Shown here: positions 32,616 to 45,545 of the stretch, one piece after another
Position numbering within the stretch: position 1 is the first letter of the stretch
How the letters are laid out: every line of letters starts with the position of its first letter
DNA from: Microthyrium microscopicum
Taxonomy: Eukaryota
Direction of reading: 5' to 3'
NCBI GenBank assembly: GCA_010405405.1
Contig: MU004231.1
Location: 918,153 to 982,152, forward strand
DNA length: 64,000 nt
Translations under genes and position numbers: made by a program
Notes under the pieces: model-generated
What the model was told of the DNA's origin: nothing
What the model saw: only the letters and a program-made list of their open reading frames with translations
Database searches by the model: none

Positions 32616-34048
32616 AGAGGCTGAAAACTCCTTCTTTCCTCAGGACTTCCCAAGTCGACTTTGCAATTCCTTTCCGCACAGATTTTATGGCTCCCGACGA
32701 GAGAGCCAAAAGTTTTCGAAGCAATTTTTTCCCGGATTGTTTACTGCCAGCTCTTTTGGGCCAACAAGATCTGGCTTGTCTCCCAGCAAGCTGACGTTCC
32801 CGCTGTGAACAACAAACCACGCCCCTATTGATCCAGGGGTGTTGTTTGTATTTGGGTTGTCAACAACAGTAAGGGGAAATTCTTTGCTAGCCGAAAATTT
32901 TTGGGGCCGGACTCAGAAATTTGAAAACTCCAAACGGTGCTCCAGCCGCTCGCAGCAAGCAACTTTGCCTGCGTTTGCGGGAGCTGAAAGAGATCCTTTG
33001 CCAGCGGCAGACTTTTGGTCACCAGTTGGGCGAGCCCACCGCAGACCCACAAGCTCGCAGTTTTTCGTAGCCAAAAGTTTCGTCGTACTTTCGAGGTGCC
33101 GAAAAGGTACCTCTGCCAGTGGTTCTTTATTGGGAGGAAGTTGGGAGTAGTGACCACGGCCAGACTGGTGGAAAGTTTTGATGAGGAAATGCTTTGGTAG
33201 TTATTTGGCGTTGATGAAAGATCTGCTGGTATGGTGGATGGTTTTTGGGTGTGGTTGGGGATTGTAGCCGGGCAGCTACTGTGCTAACGCTGTAGAGAGA
33301 ATCTCGTTGCGTCTGCCAGTATGCTGATGACTGTCAAACTTTTGGAGAAGTTGGAGTCCGAAAGCCAGGAAGATTTTGTCGAAGTCCGGTTGGGAAACGG
33401 CGTAAGAAAGGGAGATGCTGTGATAGCGGTGCGAATGAGGGAGTCGTTTGAGAAGGTAGATGAAAAGTTGTTATGATAAGAGGTGATGAAAAGTGGTTGT
33501 TGGAGATGATGACAAGAGGGTGATGGTCCGAGGGGATGACAGAGGTTAAGGTGAAAGTGACTTGTCAAGAATCGGGCCACCTGTCCCAAAAGTTGTTGCC
33601 AGAATGACTGTACCGTAGTTGAAAGTTTGGCGGGGCAATCAGTCTTGCGCAGTAGGAACTTTGTGGACTTGGTAAGTGCGCGTGCCAATTTGTAGAGAGC
33701 GTAGTAGTTTTGGGGGAAGAGCTAGTGGTGATATGTTGGCGACGCTTTGAACACGCTGCAGGTGTCTCCGATACCTGCAGGGTGGGCGGTTATGTGTTGT
33801 ATTGTTCTCGCAGCGGATGAAAGGGGTGCGAGTAGAGGAAATGAGGTTGTCGAGAAGGGTGCGGGGTATTCAGTCAATCCAGGCTGTCGCGCTCTCTAGA
33901 GAACCAAATTTCGTGATGACGCTCTTGCGGAGAGAGGAGAGAGTTGCATCCAGCAATCAATTGTCAATCCTTCAGCGCGCGCGTCTTTGAGGTCAGATTT
34001 GATCTTCTGATGGTTAGGACGATAACCAGCGTCCTAATATTCAGAGTA

Positions 34049-34062
34049 GCTCATCGCTACCA
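34049..34062 (-). other. Primer-binding site
   Basis: TGGTAGCGATGAGC 2 nt after the 5' LTR; TGG pairs with tRNA CCA; TGGTAGC is the initiator-Met-type pattern. Confidence 0.65.
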
Positions 34063-34064
34063 TC

Positions 34065-34204
34065 TGAAAAGGCACAATATAAATCGTGTAGTAGTAGTAA
34101 GATGGTATTGTTAGAGTCCTCCCTCTAAGGGAGGATATACAAGCTAAGACTACCTGCCGAAGATACCCCGACGCCTTACCCTTTTGGGAAGGCATCCCGT
34201 ATCA
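34065..34204 (-). repeat. 5' LTR
   Basis: Identical to 24434-24573. Confidence 0.97.
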
Positions 34205-34573
34205 GGGGACTCCAATCTGGACTGGGGTATGCGATACCTGTCCGCTTGAGGTATCAACAGAAGCGGTTAAGGGGCTTGGGGTAGTGGTATGTGTTGGGGC
34301 TGCGGAGCTTGAACCAGTCGTGTGCTCTGGAAAGTTATTGGACTGATTGCTATGCTCAAGAAGGCTTGCGTCATCTGGAAAGGTTAAGCCTGAGCTCGTG
34401 GCTGACTTGGACATGTTTGTGGAATTCAAAGCGTCTGAGGAGCTTGAGCTCCCAGTTGGCTTTGACGTGGTGTCCATTTGGCTATTTGCCTTGGGGGGGT
34501 TTGATGGGACTATGGATTGGGAAGGGGACGAGAGTCTTGAGTTTGTGGAGCCACGAGGGGGAGAGGTATTCAT
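34205..34573 (-). pseudogene. 5' part (Ser/Thr-rich, 123 codons) of gene split by the Gypsy insertion
   Basis: Its stop is supplied by the LTR terminal TGA. Confidence 0.75.
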
Positions 34574-35561
34574 GATGATGCGCCTTCAATAGAATAGCGG
34601 TACTCTAAAGAATGTCCCGACAAGTTAGGTAGCGTTGAGAATAAGCTTGATCTTATACCCGCTCAAGATACTCACAAGGCTTGCAATACCCAAACACTAA
34701 GACTCTAAAATAGCAAAATAATCTGTTTGCACCCCCTTTCAATAGTTTTAGCATTCACGTTTAGCATTCAAGAACCTTTGATCATGTATCAGTGTCTTGA
34801 AAACTACAAAACTCTTAATAGCCTTGGCATTCATGTTTGGCTTACAAGATTCTTTGATGTTAACAATCCTATAGAGCGAATTGTCTACACCCTCTTTTAA
34901 TGCTATAAGCATTTGCTATCTACTTTGCTTTGTGAGAACTACAAACCTAGCTAATATCGAAATATGGTTTGCTAAAGTTGTGTATCCGATACTACAACCT
35001 TCCAATAATGGTTCTTAGCAAACCGAACCTCTTGTTGCTGTCATGGTTGTCAACCCAACTGTTGATAGGAAAAACCGCCAAATAGCTAGAACCCGTGAGA
35101 ATCAAACATGACGGTACCGGTGTGTGCGTGTTCGACATGTCACGTCTGGTGTGCGTTCTGACGTTCCCTATCTGCACATTTGAAAATCTTACTGCCAGCC
35201 TAACAATTGGAGGAAGCTATCATCGTCAAGCCAATGCAATATTGCCAGCCATTAAAAGAAAAGCTTATAGGTTCGAATCCTTTCTTGTCTAGTATTCTTT
35301 TTCGTAGTAAATATCTTAGATATAATGATAAGTATAACATTCCAGGTTCATAAATATGCACTGTTTCTTTTTCAAACAAGGCTGAGGGCAAGGCTGAACC
35401 AATGAATTATATCGTAGAAGTTGCATTACTAAACCAAAAAGTCCGTGAAAGAGTGAAATTTGGTTCTTTGACTGATAGAGTGCAGAGAACGAAGGCATAT
35501 TCTCTCTACCCAAAGTTTTCACTCTCTAAACCTATTCGTGCCAGTGTCTCATTGCCAAAGC

Positions 35562-36355
35562 CTAGACCCAAGTTCCAAGACCCAACTCGTGTTCCTCCTC
35601 GACATTGGCTTCTTCATTGTCAAGGATGATTTCGTCCTCGGATTCCACTGAGATCTGAATGTCGTGTCCATCGTCCTCCTCACTATTCGAAATGAGCAAG
35701 GGTAAATGGGAACTTCCCGGCTCAACAACATCCGCGAATGAGCCAACTTGCAACAGCCAGTGGTCACAATTAAGGAGGGTCTTGTGGGCGATCGAGTTGG
35801 CGCAGCCCTTGTTTGCGCGAGCGCGAGCAGCTGTCCATTTCGCCTCAAGGCGTGGGAAATACTCGAACATGAAGGTATGATTGGCACGATTGGCGCATTG
35901 CTGAAAATCAATCTGGTCAGTTTCCATGTACACTGGAAGGATGGTCAAAATTTTCAACTTACGACAGTGTTCGTGTTTGGATTGTCATGAATATCAATGA
36001 CGGCGAAGAAGAGCGCATTCACAAAGCAAACGTTGCTGATGATGATCTCGGGCTGAAAAGCCCACAGACAGTCGTCTCTAATCCACACATGATTGTCCAA
36101 CGCTTTTGCCACGAGTATTTTAGGAAGGTCGGACATGTCATAGCACGGGGCTTTGTCAGGAATGGCGTGGTATAAGTAATGGTAGCTCTCAAGAAGTCGC
36201 AAAGCATTGTCAATCTTGATGCCCACTGAGCCCGCGTCAATTCCAGCAGGTTTTTGGGAAGGGTATTCAAGAATGATCTTGCAAAGACGAGTAAGGCCGG
36301 CATGAGTGAGGTTCAAAAGTCCTCCGTAGGCAGACTCGGGGAGGCGGGACGTCAT
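35562..36355 (-). CDS. Hypothetical spliced protein with acidic C-terminus
   Basis: Two ORFs joined in frame by intron 35962-35913 (GTAAGT..CTGAC..CAG). Confidence 0.65.
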
Positions 36356-36891
36356 GGTGAACTTTGTTCGCGTCAGTCTTGAACTGGTTGTTATTAAATT
36401 TCAGAGTGAGGAGCTTACAGACTTGATTGAGTTTAGTGACTGAACTTGAAGCTGTGGATGATGCTGAAAAGACCAACTCTCTTGGTCTCTGAATTGCTCT
36501 TTAAGCAGAGCTGTCAAAGATGTGACTATGACAAAAAGACTTGCCGACAACACAGAACTAAAAGAGTGTACTGGCTTGGAAGAAGAAGAAGAGGAGAGGA
36601 AGAGGGGAACCAAATGCTTTATAGACGTCAGTTTGCACGATAGTGGCCTGTGCTATTCTATTCCTTAAAGCCTTGTAAGTGTTCAATTAGGAAGTGACGA
36701 TGCTGGTGAGAAGATACTTGGGGCCATGTAGTTACGATTTTGAATACTCACTGCAGAAAATTACCTATATAAGAAAGAATACCTAGTCAGTCTCAACTTC
36801 TAAACTAACCCCTAGGATTGCCATATTGGGCAAGAAGCCTTTGATGGAACATGTTTTTGATGTTGAGATTTGGCGCATGCCTCAATGCTCC

Positions 36892-37035
36892 TAAGGCTTT
36901 ATGACCCATAAGGCTTCATGACCCATAAGGCTTCATGACCCATAAGGCTGCATGACCCATAAGGCTGCATGACCCATAAGGCTGAATGACCCATAAGGCT
37001 GCATCACCCATAAGGCTGCATCACCCATAAGGCTG
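36892..37035. repeat. 17-bp tandem repeat, 8.5 copies (TAAGGCTGCATGACCCA)
   Basis: TAAGGCT recurs every 17 bp from 36892 to 37028. Confidence 0.95.
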
Positions 37036-38336
37036 GGAGGTGATTTCCTTTTTGGGATAGCGCAAACGGATACGTCACGTGGGACCATAAAGTTTTTCCA
37101 GGTCCGGAACTACCTCAAATAATAAAACAAATGCTATTGCATTCAATTTCAGAGGTACAGGTACCAATAGCTACAAAGTAGTAATTAAAAAAAGTCTTGT
37201 TTAGCTTAGCAACCGTGTCGGTAAGGTTTTTTGTTCACATCCCCCTTCATCCTCTACACTGCTCGAGCGCGATCAATTACTCTTGTTGTTCTGTTCTCAT
37301 CACACATGTACAAGTTTCACCATTACCAACTGCTCTTCCTTCTTGTTATCAGTTTTCCTCTGGTTGATCTTCCGAAAAGATTTTGGTCGATGGTTTTGCT
37401 AGTTTGGTTTTACAATTGGCGTGCAGGTGACGGTCCAGTGTTCAGTCCATTTACCGTATGCAAAATCGTTACCTGGTGCGGTTATACTCAACTTTTCCAG
37501 TAGCGAGGGTCGTCACCAGGAGGTGCGACACGGAAATATCTAAAAGATAATCGCTTATCTGGAATCCTGGATTATCACTTTTAAGACCCAGACATGCGCC
37601 GTGCCGCCCTCTTTATTGGCTATCATTGGCATCTCATGCTGTGTTTAGGCGGCCTTGTCGTTGACCCATTAAGGCACTGCTTGGATAATTTCAAGTGTCG
37701 GCGTAGTAGTAGCCGCTGTTCCGAAGTATACCAATGGGGGCTTGACTCCATGTACATTAAACGCGCACGTCGTATTGGTTCCCATCATCAGAGCAGCGAG
37801 ATGCATGAATTCATCCCCAGCTGATTCCACCAGTCAGATAGGGGCGACAACTCTACCCCAATTGGCGGCGATAACATTGATCCCTGTGCCGTGCCATCCT
37901 GAAAAGACTGACCAACTGGCAACAAACTCTGTCTGCGGCATAAAATAGTGTAGAATATTGTTGAATTACATGTCTGAACGATATTTGGCGCGCGAGATGT
38001 ATATATTTGTTCATCGCCTCCATCGTGTTGTAACGCCTACTCAGATACTTTAGGCAAATAGGGTCAAAACTCCAAGGCATTGGAATCACTCGAGTTCGTC
38101 TCGAGTTGTACCATCTCGAACCCTCTGGGAGTTTTGCCGATCTACGGATACGGCGTTATATCATAACTCGAAATAGTACATCCACCCTCAAATCAATTGC
38201 TTAATTCTCGACAGAAATATTTCCGGGGGCATGTACATCAAGTACACGGTTAGGAACTACTTTAGTATGGCCAGAACTAGGGAAAACTATTCGCATAGAA
38301 CTTGGAAGGGAAGAGATACATCGCTAGGATTCGGAC

Positions 38337-38518
38337 TTTGACTGCTCACATACATGATACAGATGGAATGCATCAAGTTGCAAGGTAGTGCATATGGTAC
38401 CAACCACTAACCAGTTTCCTAGCTACTATAGTTTGACTGCTCACATATAGATGGAATGCATTAAGCTGCAAGGTATTGTATATCGTACCAACCACCAAAC
38501 AATTTCCTAGCTACTATG
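38337..38518. repeat. Diverged ~90-bp tandem duplication
   Basis: TTTGACTGCTCACATA..AGATGGAATGCAT..TTTCCTAGCTACTAT at 38337 and 38432. Confidence 0.8.
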
Positions 38519-40185
38519 GTAACTCCACTTCCTACGTTCTAGGCTAGCTAGTCACTGGTTTATGACACCACATGTTACTAATAGTATTCTCCTATTATTT
38601 GGCATTGCAATATAAAACTTGATAGTTCCTTTGAATAATGCAGCAGACAATTTCTCTCCATTAATATCTACTTCCTACTACTTACCTACTTCTCTTAGAG
38701 CACTCTAGGTCGGCGGCGCGCACTCCCCGTTCTTCTTTCCTACTACCTGTACTTGAGGTTTACAAGGGAAATACTTTTTATCTTCAACTACTTGAGAAAT
38801 TTGGTATTACTACCAAAAACCAAAAAATATATGATGAATCCCCTGCATCTAAATACCAACATTGTCGACAAGGATCGTCAAGCTATTGGTATATGGCAGA
38901 TTTTCCTCGAACGGACTTGCGTAACAAAGGGATTGAAACCACCAGTTTATTCCATCTCGTCCGACTGACGCGGTATGTTTTATCTTTCAGATAAGGAAGC
39001 CCCTTGGTGCTATTGCTGTTCCTTGCTACTGCAACAAGAACCCTTTTCTTGACGAACGAAAATAAAAATAGACCGTTCTAGCATCTGTATCCAATATCTC
39101 TATTTATAACTTTCTATTTCTTTTTCTATTCAGTGCAATATCGGGGTGTGTTTAGCCTGTTGTTCCACGATAAAACGATGAGTTCCTCGTTATACGTTAT
39201 AGCGTGCTTACTTTATATCTTGGAGGCCGAACGGCATGGTCAGCTGCTGTGCTAGTGAATGGAAAGCTATATAGCGCAAGATTCTGGTAAGATAATCCAC
39301 CTCCAAGTCGAACCTAGTAGCAGTTTAGAAAGAAGAAGAACAATGAGGCTCCAACTCTGATTTCAATATTTAGGTATGATGGGCGTCTCGTGCTTTTAGC
39401 CAAAGAAGATGCTGCAGAAGTCGCGTTGTCTTGTTTAGATGAAATAGAGCACGAAATATGCGCGCAGAGCGCGGGAAAATTGCGGCCCAAGGACGACTAT
39501 GTCCTTAGTATTAATGTCTAATAGAGAGCAAGTCTTGTTTCTATATATATACGTATATGGAAATCAGATGGGGTATTTATCCTCTCCAGTATCAATCGAA
39601 CTTGACTTGCTTCTCTTTGCTTTCATCCATATACCTACCTCTCTGTACCTAGATCTAATTTGACCAACACCTTGTCGCATGTTTTACGCTCATTAAGATT
39701 ACTATCCACTCCTTAACACAACTAGCTAATGAGCGTTTAGGATGGTTCAAATGGTGAGAGCTAAACGTCTGAATACGGCACATAGACCCTATCCGCAGGT
39801 TAGGGTGCTATGATTGAGCTGGTAGATAGTGCAGTAAGCATGAGATATGGAGGTACTGGAGTTATAGGTATTGTATTCCAAGGTACTGCTCAACATTTTG
39901 TATTCTTCGTTACAAGTGAGTGTATATTACAAACTTTCCAGCCATGCCCGGCACCGAGACCCCATTTCCTCCGACGTCAATGTAATTCCCTAACTACTGT
40001 TTTCGTCAACTGCGAGCGTTGTCAAGGAGAAGGTACTAGTGGTAGAGTATCAGAACAGTGCCTCCGAATTGTCAGTGTCATCTCACCGCCATGATCAACA
40101 TTCAACAAGCTTCCCCTATGGCCAATGGGCAGACCAATAGCTGTCAGAAGGTGGGGCCTCCTCATCAACTGACTCCCAGTTCCCA

Positions 40186-40470
40186 TCAATGTCCGGAAAG
40201 GGCTCGTTGGCAGGCCATGAGAGGAGACCTATGAATCATGTCAGAATCGTGCCAACATTTATTAATACTTGTATTACCTCTAATGTATTGTGCATCTCCG
40301 ATCATTTTCTCCAGTCTTGCCTGAAGAGCTTGGTCTTGGATTTCATCGCGCCCCTGGATCTCTTCCATGATCTCAATGATCTTGGACATCAAATCGTCCA
40401 AGTAAGCACTGATCTGCGATATCAGCGCGTCTATAGTGGCATCGAGTGGTGGTGTAGGGTCAAGTGACAT
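40186..40470 (-). CDS. Small helical hypothetical protein
   Basis: 94-aa ORF with amphipathic helix pattern. Confidence 0.3.
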   Translation of the reverse strand: MSLDPTPPLDATIDALISQISAYLDDLMSKIIEIMEEIQGRDEIQDQALQARLEKMIGDAQYIRGNTSINKCWHDSDMIHRSPLMACQRALSGH

Positions 40471-41383
40471 TTTTACTATCGGGCATTAGTCGTGTTGCAA
40501 CGTGCCTGAAAGGAACGCTAGGGTAGGTTCTACCGTGATAATGTTGTATATGGAAAATGTCTGATCGAGATTTAGTTTGCTGTGCTGATGTTGACTTGCA
40601 AAGACTGGGCGATCTGGGCGATGAAAGCATACTAGATATAGGTATCGCTCCGCTATGTGCTGGCAAACTTGAAACGAAAGAAACTGCAGTTACTAGGATT
40701 TATTCCGACTACCTTGCACAACCTGTTAGTAATATGCAGGAAACCTTTCTGGAAACAATCTGAGAGGTACGCAGCGTGAAAGCACATGGCAATGCTTTCC
40801 ATTCCTTACCGAATATCATAAGCTGCTCCTACTCTTATTCAAGATAGCTTCCTTCAAACTCGGCTTCTAATAAAGCCATGTCTTGTGAGTAAATCTGCTT
40901 AGTGTAACTATTTCCATTATCTAGCGGTGAGTCTGCAAAAGCATCATAGCCTTTTTGGCAGGTTGGTTTACGGGTACCAACAGATCGCGCAGTTAGGTGA
41001 CGTGTACGGATCGGGCACGGCATAGAGCCGTAGGCAAATTCCTAAAATCAAGGAATTGATGTCCTAATCGACGCAGAATACGGCCAAATTTCCACCTCTA
41101 CGATTGTTTGGTAGTCGTTTGGTGATCAAGTCCAAAATATTTCACCAAAAACGCTCTTGACCATGTGGTTACTACTCCTTCAAGCCTAGTACATAATCGA
41201 ATTTGGGGAGGGAATTCTAATCACTTTCACTGGGAAAACGCGACATGATGTCAATACCAGTTCCACGGCCTAGACAGGACTACGATACAGGCAAGCAAAG
41301 CATTTCAAACTGCCAAGGCAGGCTATCTCTGGCACAACATGGCTAACCTCTAGCGCCTAGGACCTACAAGTCTTATAGGATTC

Positions 41384-42877
41384 ATGCATCTTCCTCTAGA
41401 GCTCCGCCGCATGATATTTTATGCCTGCGACGAAGCAACAGCTTCAAATTTAAGGCGCGTCAACCGGTCCATCAGGGCTGAGATCGACCTTCATTGGTTT
41501 GTGTTGAGTGGGAAATCCATGGAACCTTACTTCAATGGTACCCTCTCTCTATCGCCTCTCAACCGCAACAAAAGGCATATCTTCAACATCAATCGACATT
41601 ACGCATCTGAACAAGCAGCAGTCGACCGTTCCAACGAGTGCGAAAAGGCGGATGCGGGTCCACAGCCGCTGGTTGATTTCCAGGCCGCACACGCAATCCA
41701 AAAGTTGGTCTTTATTGATGATTCCTTGGAGCTGGCCTCACATCAAGAGGGCTGTCAGCCTAGAGTGCGCTGTCTTTACGAAGCCTTGTTCGGCTGTCAC
41801 GCCAGACACGCTGAGGGTGTTGTGATTTGCAAGGACTTTTTTGAAAAGCTCATCATTCTCTGTCACAAGCTACCCAATCTCAAACAGCTCAAGGTCATCC
41901 AGATACAGCGCACGAAGAATGCTTCCTGGAACTTTCAAGCCATCAAAACCAACAACAGAAACGAAACTATTAGCCAGTTGCGCGACATTGCTATTCTCAA
42001 TCGCCGAGATGGGCAGTTGCAACACCACCGAAACCGAATCTACTGTGTTGATATAAGCCCCGAAAAGATTCGGGCACTAGAGTCGGACCTGTACAGCAAT
42101 AACGAGCAGGTGGAACTTACAGCAACAATGCAACAGTGTGAGGAGTTCACCAAGACGATGATGACCACCGTTGTCTCGATTCAGAGTGGTGAGAGTGCTA
42201 CAGCTGACGAGATTGAAAGGACTATGGAGACATGTGAGGCTATGCCCATGATTGACGGTCCACTGGCAGATCTCAATCGGCTCATATACTGGCAATCATA
42301 CGACCGATGGCTTTGCAATACAGTGTCACACATTTCAGACTCTATTTCAAAGCTGCAAGAAGCCCATCGATATATTGTGGAAGGCGGAGATGATATTGTT
42401 GACGATACATTGAACGCGGCTCGGTGGGTCGACGTGCTCAATCAATGTCGAGAGTGTCTCTCAGACTCGATCCCGGACAGATCGGATATCATCAAAGGCC
42501 TTGATACAACCTATGATAACATCAACACTCCAGCTCTGTCGTCTTCCGATCTACTTGCACATGTAGAGGAAGCAATAATGCGTTACGAGCACAACCTTCT
42601 ACACTTTCCTACAAACCTTGCCCAAAACGCCGCGAGTCAAGCCAAATTATACCAAATGAAAGTTCAGACACGACTGCAGCAGGACCCCAATTTCATATCC
42701 AGCTTACAACAGCAACTTGATGGAGGAATACCAAGCGACCTTATGCCTAGACGAAATCTTAGGCTGAGTGTATATCCTACTTCAGCCCAAGGTCTAGTGC
42801 ATAGTGCGATGCAGCCAAGCTTCGGGAGCCCATATCAGCAGCTGTCCTCGACCAAGTATCGTCGTAAAATCTTTTAA
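41384..42877 (+). CDS. F-box-like protein with helical C-terminal region (497 aa)
   Basis: N-terminal LPLELRRMIFYACD..LRRVNRSIR F-box pattern; LPNLKQLKV. Confidence 0.65.
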   Translation: MHLPLELRRMIFYACDEATASNLRRVNRSIRAEIDLHWFVLSGKSMEPYFNGTLSLSPLNRNKRHIFNINRHYASEQAAVDRSNECEKADAGPQPLVDFQAAHAIQKLVFIDDSLELASHQEGCQPRVRCLYEALFGCHARHAEGVVICKDFFEKLIILCHKLPNLKQLKVIQIQRTKNASWNFQAIKTNNRNETISQLRDIAILNRRDGQLQHHRNRIYCVDISPEKIRALESDLYSNNEQVELTATMQQCEEFTKTMMTTVVSIQSGESATADEIERTMETCEAMPMIDGPLADLNRLIYWQSYDRWLCNTVSHISDSISKLQEAHRYIVEGGDDIVDDTLNAARWVDVLNQCRECLSDSIPDRSDIIKGLDTTYDNINTPALSSSDLLAHVEEAIMRYEHNLLHFPTNLAQNAASQAKLYQMKVQTRLQQDPNFISSLQQQLDGGIPSDLMPRRNLRLSVYPTSAQGLVHSAMQPSFGSPYQQLSSTKYRRKIF

Positions 42878-43525
42878 AACGTCTATATTCGTTGGTCGAT
42901 CTGGAGCTTTGCTTGTTCTACATTAACCTTGTGTTTACTCCGCTTATAAATGATGATAGGGACAAGAAGAGTAGGTAGCCGTTCAACAAGAGCATTACTT
43001 GAGAAGAAGACATGTAGTGGATCGAAACCAAAACTGTCATGAATGTTCGTATATGGGTGATTCCAAGCAAAATTGAACGTGGCAACATGTCCTCTGGAGG
43101 TTTCTGGGCGTTCTTTAGTCGGGTTCGTTGCTACTTGAGTATAGCTTGAGTATGTTCATGTATCGAGCTAGGAAGGATGTTGTCAAATCTTGTTGCTGGT
43201 TTTGAGGTACTATACATTTCGGGCAATGCTGTAGATTCTTAATTCCCGTACAAGCTACTACTTCTTCATACTCTAAGCAGCAGCTTGCTAAACTCCCCGA
43301 CCAGACAGTATAAACCAGAGTCCGAATAGACTACAAAACATCTCGCCTTTTAGTAGACAGAATCAGCCTATTCGGACATCAAAGCAACACCCGCAAAATT
43401 CCAAACATACCCAAAGCTCCGATCGAACAATCATGAAAAACAAATTTGGTTGAGCGGAACCACCCAATGTCCCGAACTCAATGAGAGACTTGCCTAATCA
43501 ACGGGTAGGTAGCCATGCTTAGGCT

Positions 43526-44341
43526 TCAATAGTACGGATGAGTACTGCAAGTATCGACGCATTCATCAACTTTGTTGTAGCCATTCGAACCAGCATTTTC
43601 TTGAGACATCCAACAGTTAGCACAAGCATGCTCTCTACTCTGGCTTGCTGAGTACCAACTGCGCTCACGGTGGCAGTCTACAAAAGGCAGGTCTTCGTTC
43701 TCATCTTGCTCAACCCGACCGCACTTCTCCGTCTATAAAATCAAGTATTAGTCTGAAAATCCATTCAACAGGTTAGAATAACAAACCTTGTCGTCGTCGT
43801 CACCATCCTTAGTCGTATTTGTACCAAAGACTGCAAGGTAGACCGAATTGAAGATACAATTCATACGACTATGCTCTTGCAAATCCTCAGTATCCAAGAA
43901 CAACGAGGCAGCATCGTTATAGAAGGTGGAGGTGTTGTACACCTTGATATCGCTATTACTTTCGAACAGACTGGGTCGCCATTGAAGCTCGGATTTATGG
44001 TAAATCAAGTCGACCTCCAAGTCGTACTGACGCTCGTTGTTCACCTCTCAGGCATACTCGAGCAGCATTTTGGCAGATGCTGTCCATAATGTAGGGAATT
44101 GCTGGTCCTCGTCATACCAATCGAACAGCCTCGCGACGACATCATCAAAGCCTAGAGCTACTGGCTCACTCTCATCGTCCGAGTCTTCCAGTCCGAGGGC
44201 CCGTTGGGTAGACCACGTGGTCGCAGCAGAAAGGACTTCAGCATAGTCATTGCTGTAGCCTACAATAATCGGTTTTGCTTAAACTCGAATTGATCCAACA
44301 GTTTTGTACTTACCGAACTCAAAGTCACTATTTGCGGGCAT
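43526..44341 (-). pseudogene. DUF3716-like Cys-cluster protein with a premature stop (copy 2)
   Basis: ATG 44341; introns 44313-44260 and 43786-43733; in-frame TGA 44050-44048; C-terminal KCGR..LPFVDC..ACANCW..TCSTHPYY. Confidence 0.65.
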
Positions 44342-45545
44342 GATGAGTGTAGTAAGGTGGACGAGGTAGAGGAAGATGAAAGTTGGACTTGGAGAAGGTA
44401 GGAAAGGTTGTGTTTGGGTATTTGTACGATAAAGATATTGGTGGTAGAGTTGGTTCTGTGATAACTGATTGCAGCATAAAGTGTGATGGAAGAAAGATGG
44501 AAGAGAGAGAGGGTTCGATAGGCTTTATAGAAAGCCTTCGTGGTCCGTTCTTTACTTTAGGCAGCAGAGTAGGTGACCTTTTGTCTAGGCTCAAGTGATG
44601 AACTCATATGATGCCTAGGCTCAATTGATAATGTGATGTAATGCTCGTAGATTCCAAACTGCTGGGTTGAAGTTGACAGCCAATCCGACCGATATGTTCT
44701 TTAAATGGCATGATCATTCAAGAAAGGTAAATGACGCTTTACCGTGCGCGTAATGAAGGTCTTCTCCTTAATACCTAATGGCGTAGTATGACGACTTCTA
44801 GAAGCTGTCGCAATCTCACGATAGATATGGTTCCCCATCAAAGAAAGATTTCACTCTGGATTAGACGAGAAGCAACAGCAGGCATTCTGATCGATGAGTG
44901 CCCTTATGCAAGGCCAAAGATGTTCCCAAATTCAAAAGCGCATACAACAGAAGACTTGGACGACCTAGTAACCTCTGATGAGGAACCTGACCTGGACGAT
45001 GGTAATCTCTCACTCATTGTGCTTTACATAACTGACCGTTTCCAGATCTGTCTTTGCCTCCTATTCCCTCCTCCAAAGTCATCGTTTGCGGATACCTCCC
45101 TTGATAATGACAATTCGCCTTCAAAGCGACAAAAATTGGCTACCCTTGCGAACGCATACCAAGCTCTCGACTTAAGTGATACCCAAAAGGCACATCCTTT
45201 CGAATTATTTCCAAACGAGCTTACGCCACGGCTATCCGTCACACTTGATAGTCTAGGATGCTATGCTAATTGCAGAGTATCTCTAAAACCCCTAGGCGCG
45301 CCATGGTATCACACGATCCGTCGCGTTTGGGATCAAACGCCAAAACCCGTTCCCAAAGAAAATTTGTCCAAGTTCACAATCTACAAGCGTCAAATCCCAA
45401 GCTTCTTACTAATCTTTAGCAGCACCCAAAGTTTACATACCTACTCTCCATCCTTATTTGAGCCTTCTAAGACAAATACAGTTCGCGAAGCACCATTTCA
45501 CACAAGTACCGGCCAACCTTCCCTTTTGGTCAGCACAACCACACC

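Larger units (their letters stand above)
24434..34204 (-). mobile_element. Full-length Ty3/Gypsy chromovirus LTR retrotransposon (9771 bp)
   Basis: Identical 140-bp TG..CA LTRs; 5-bp TSD GGGGA (24429-24433, 34205-34209); domain order PR-RT-RH-IN-chromodomain. Confidence 0.97.

Noticed and set aside
36892..37035. CRISPR-like array
   Set aside because: Units are contiguous with no unique spacers; eukaryotic context; no cas genes
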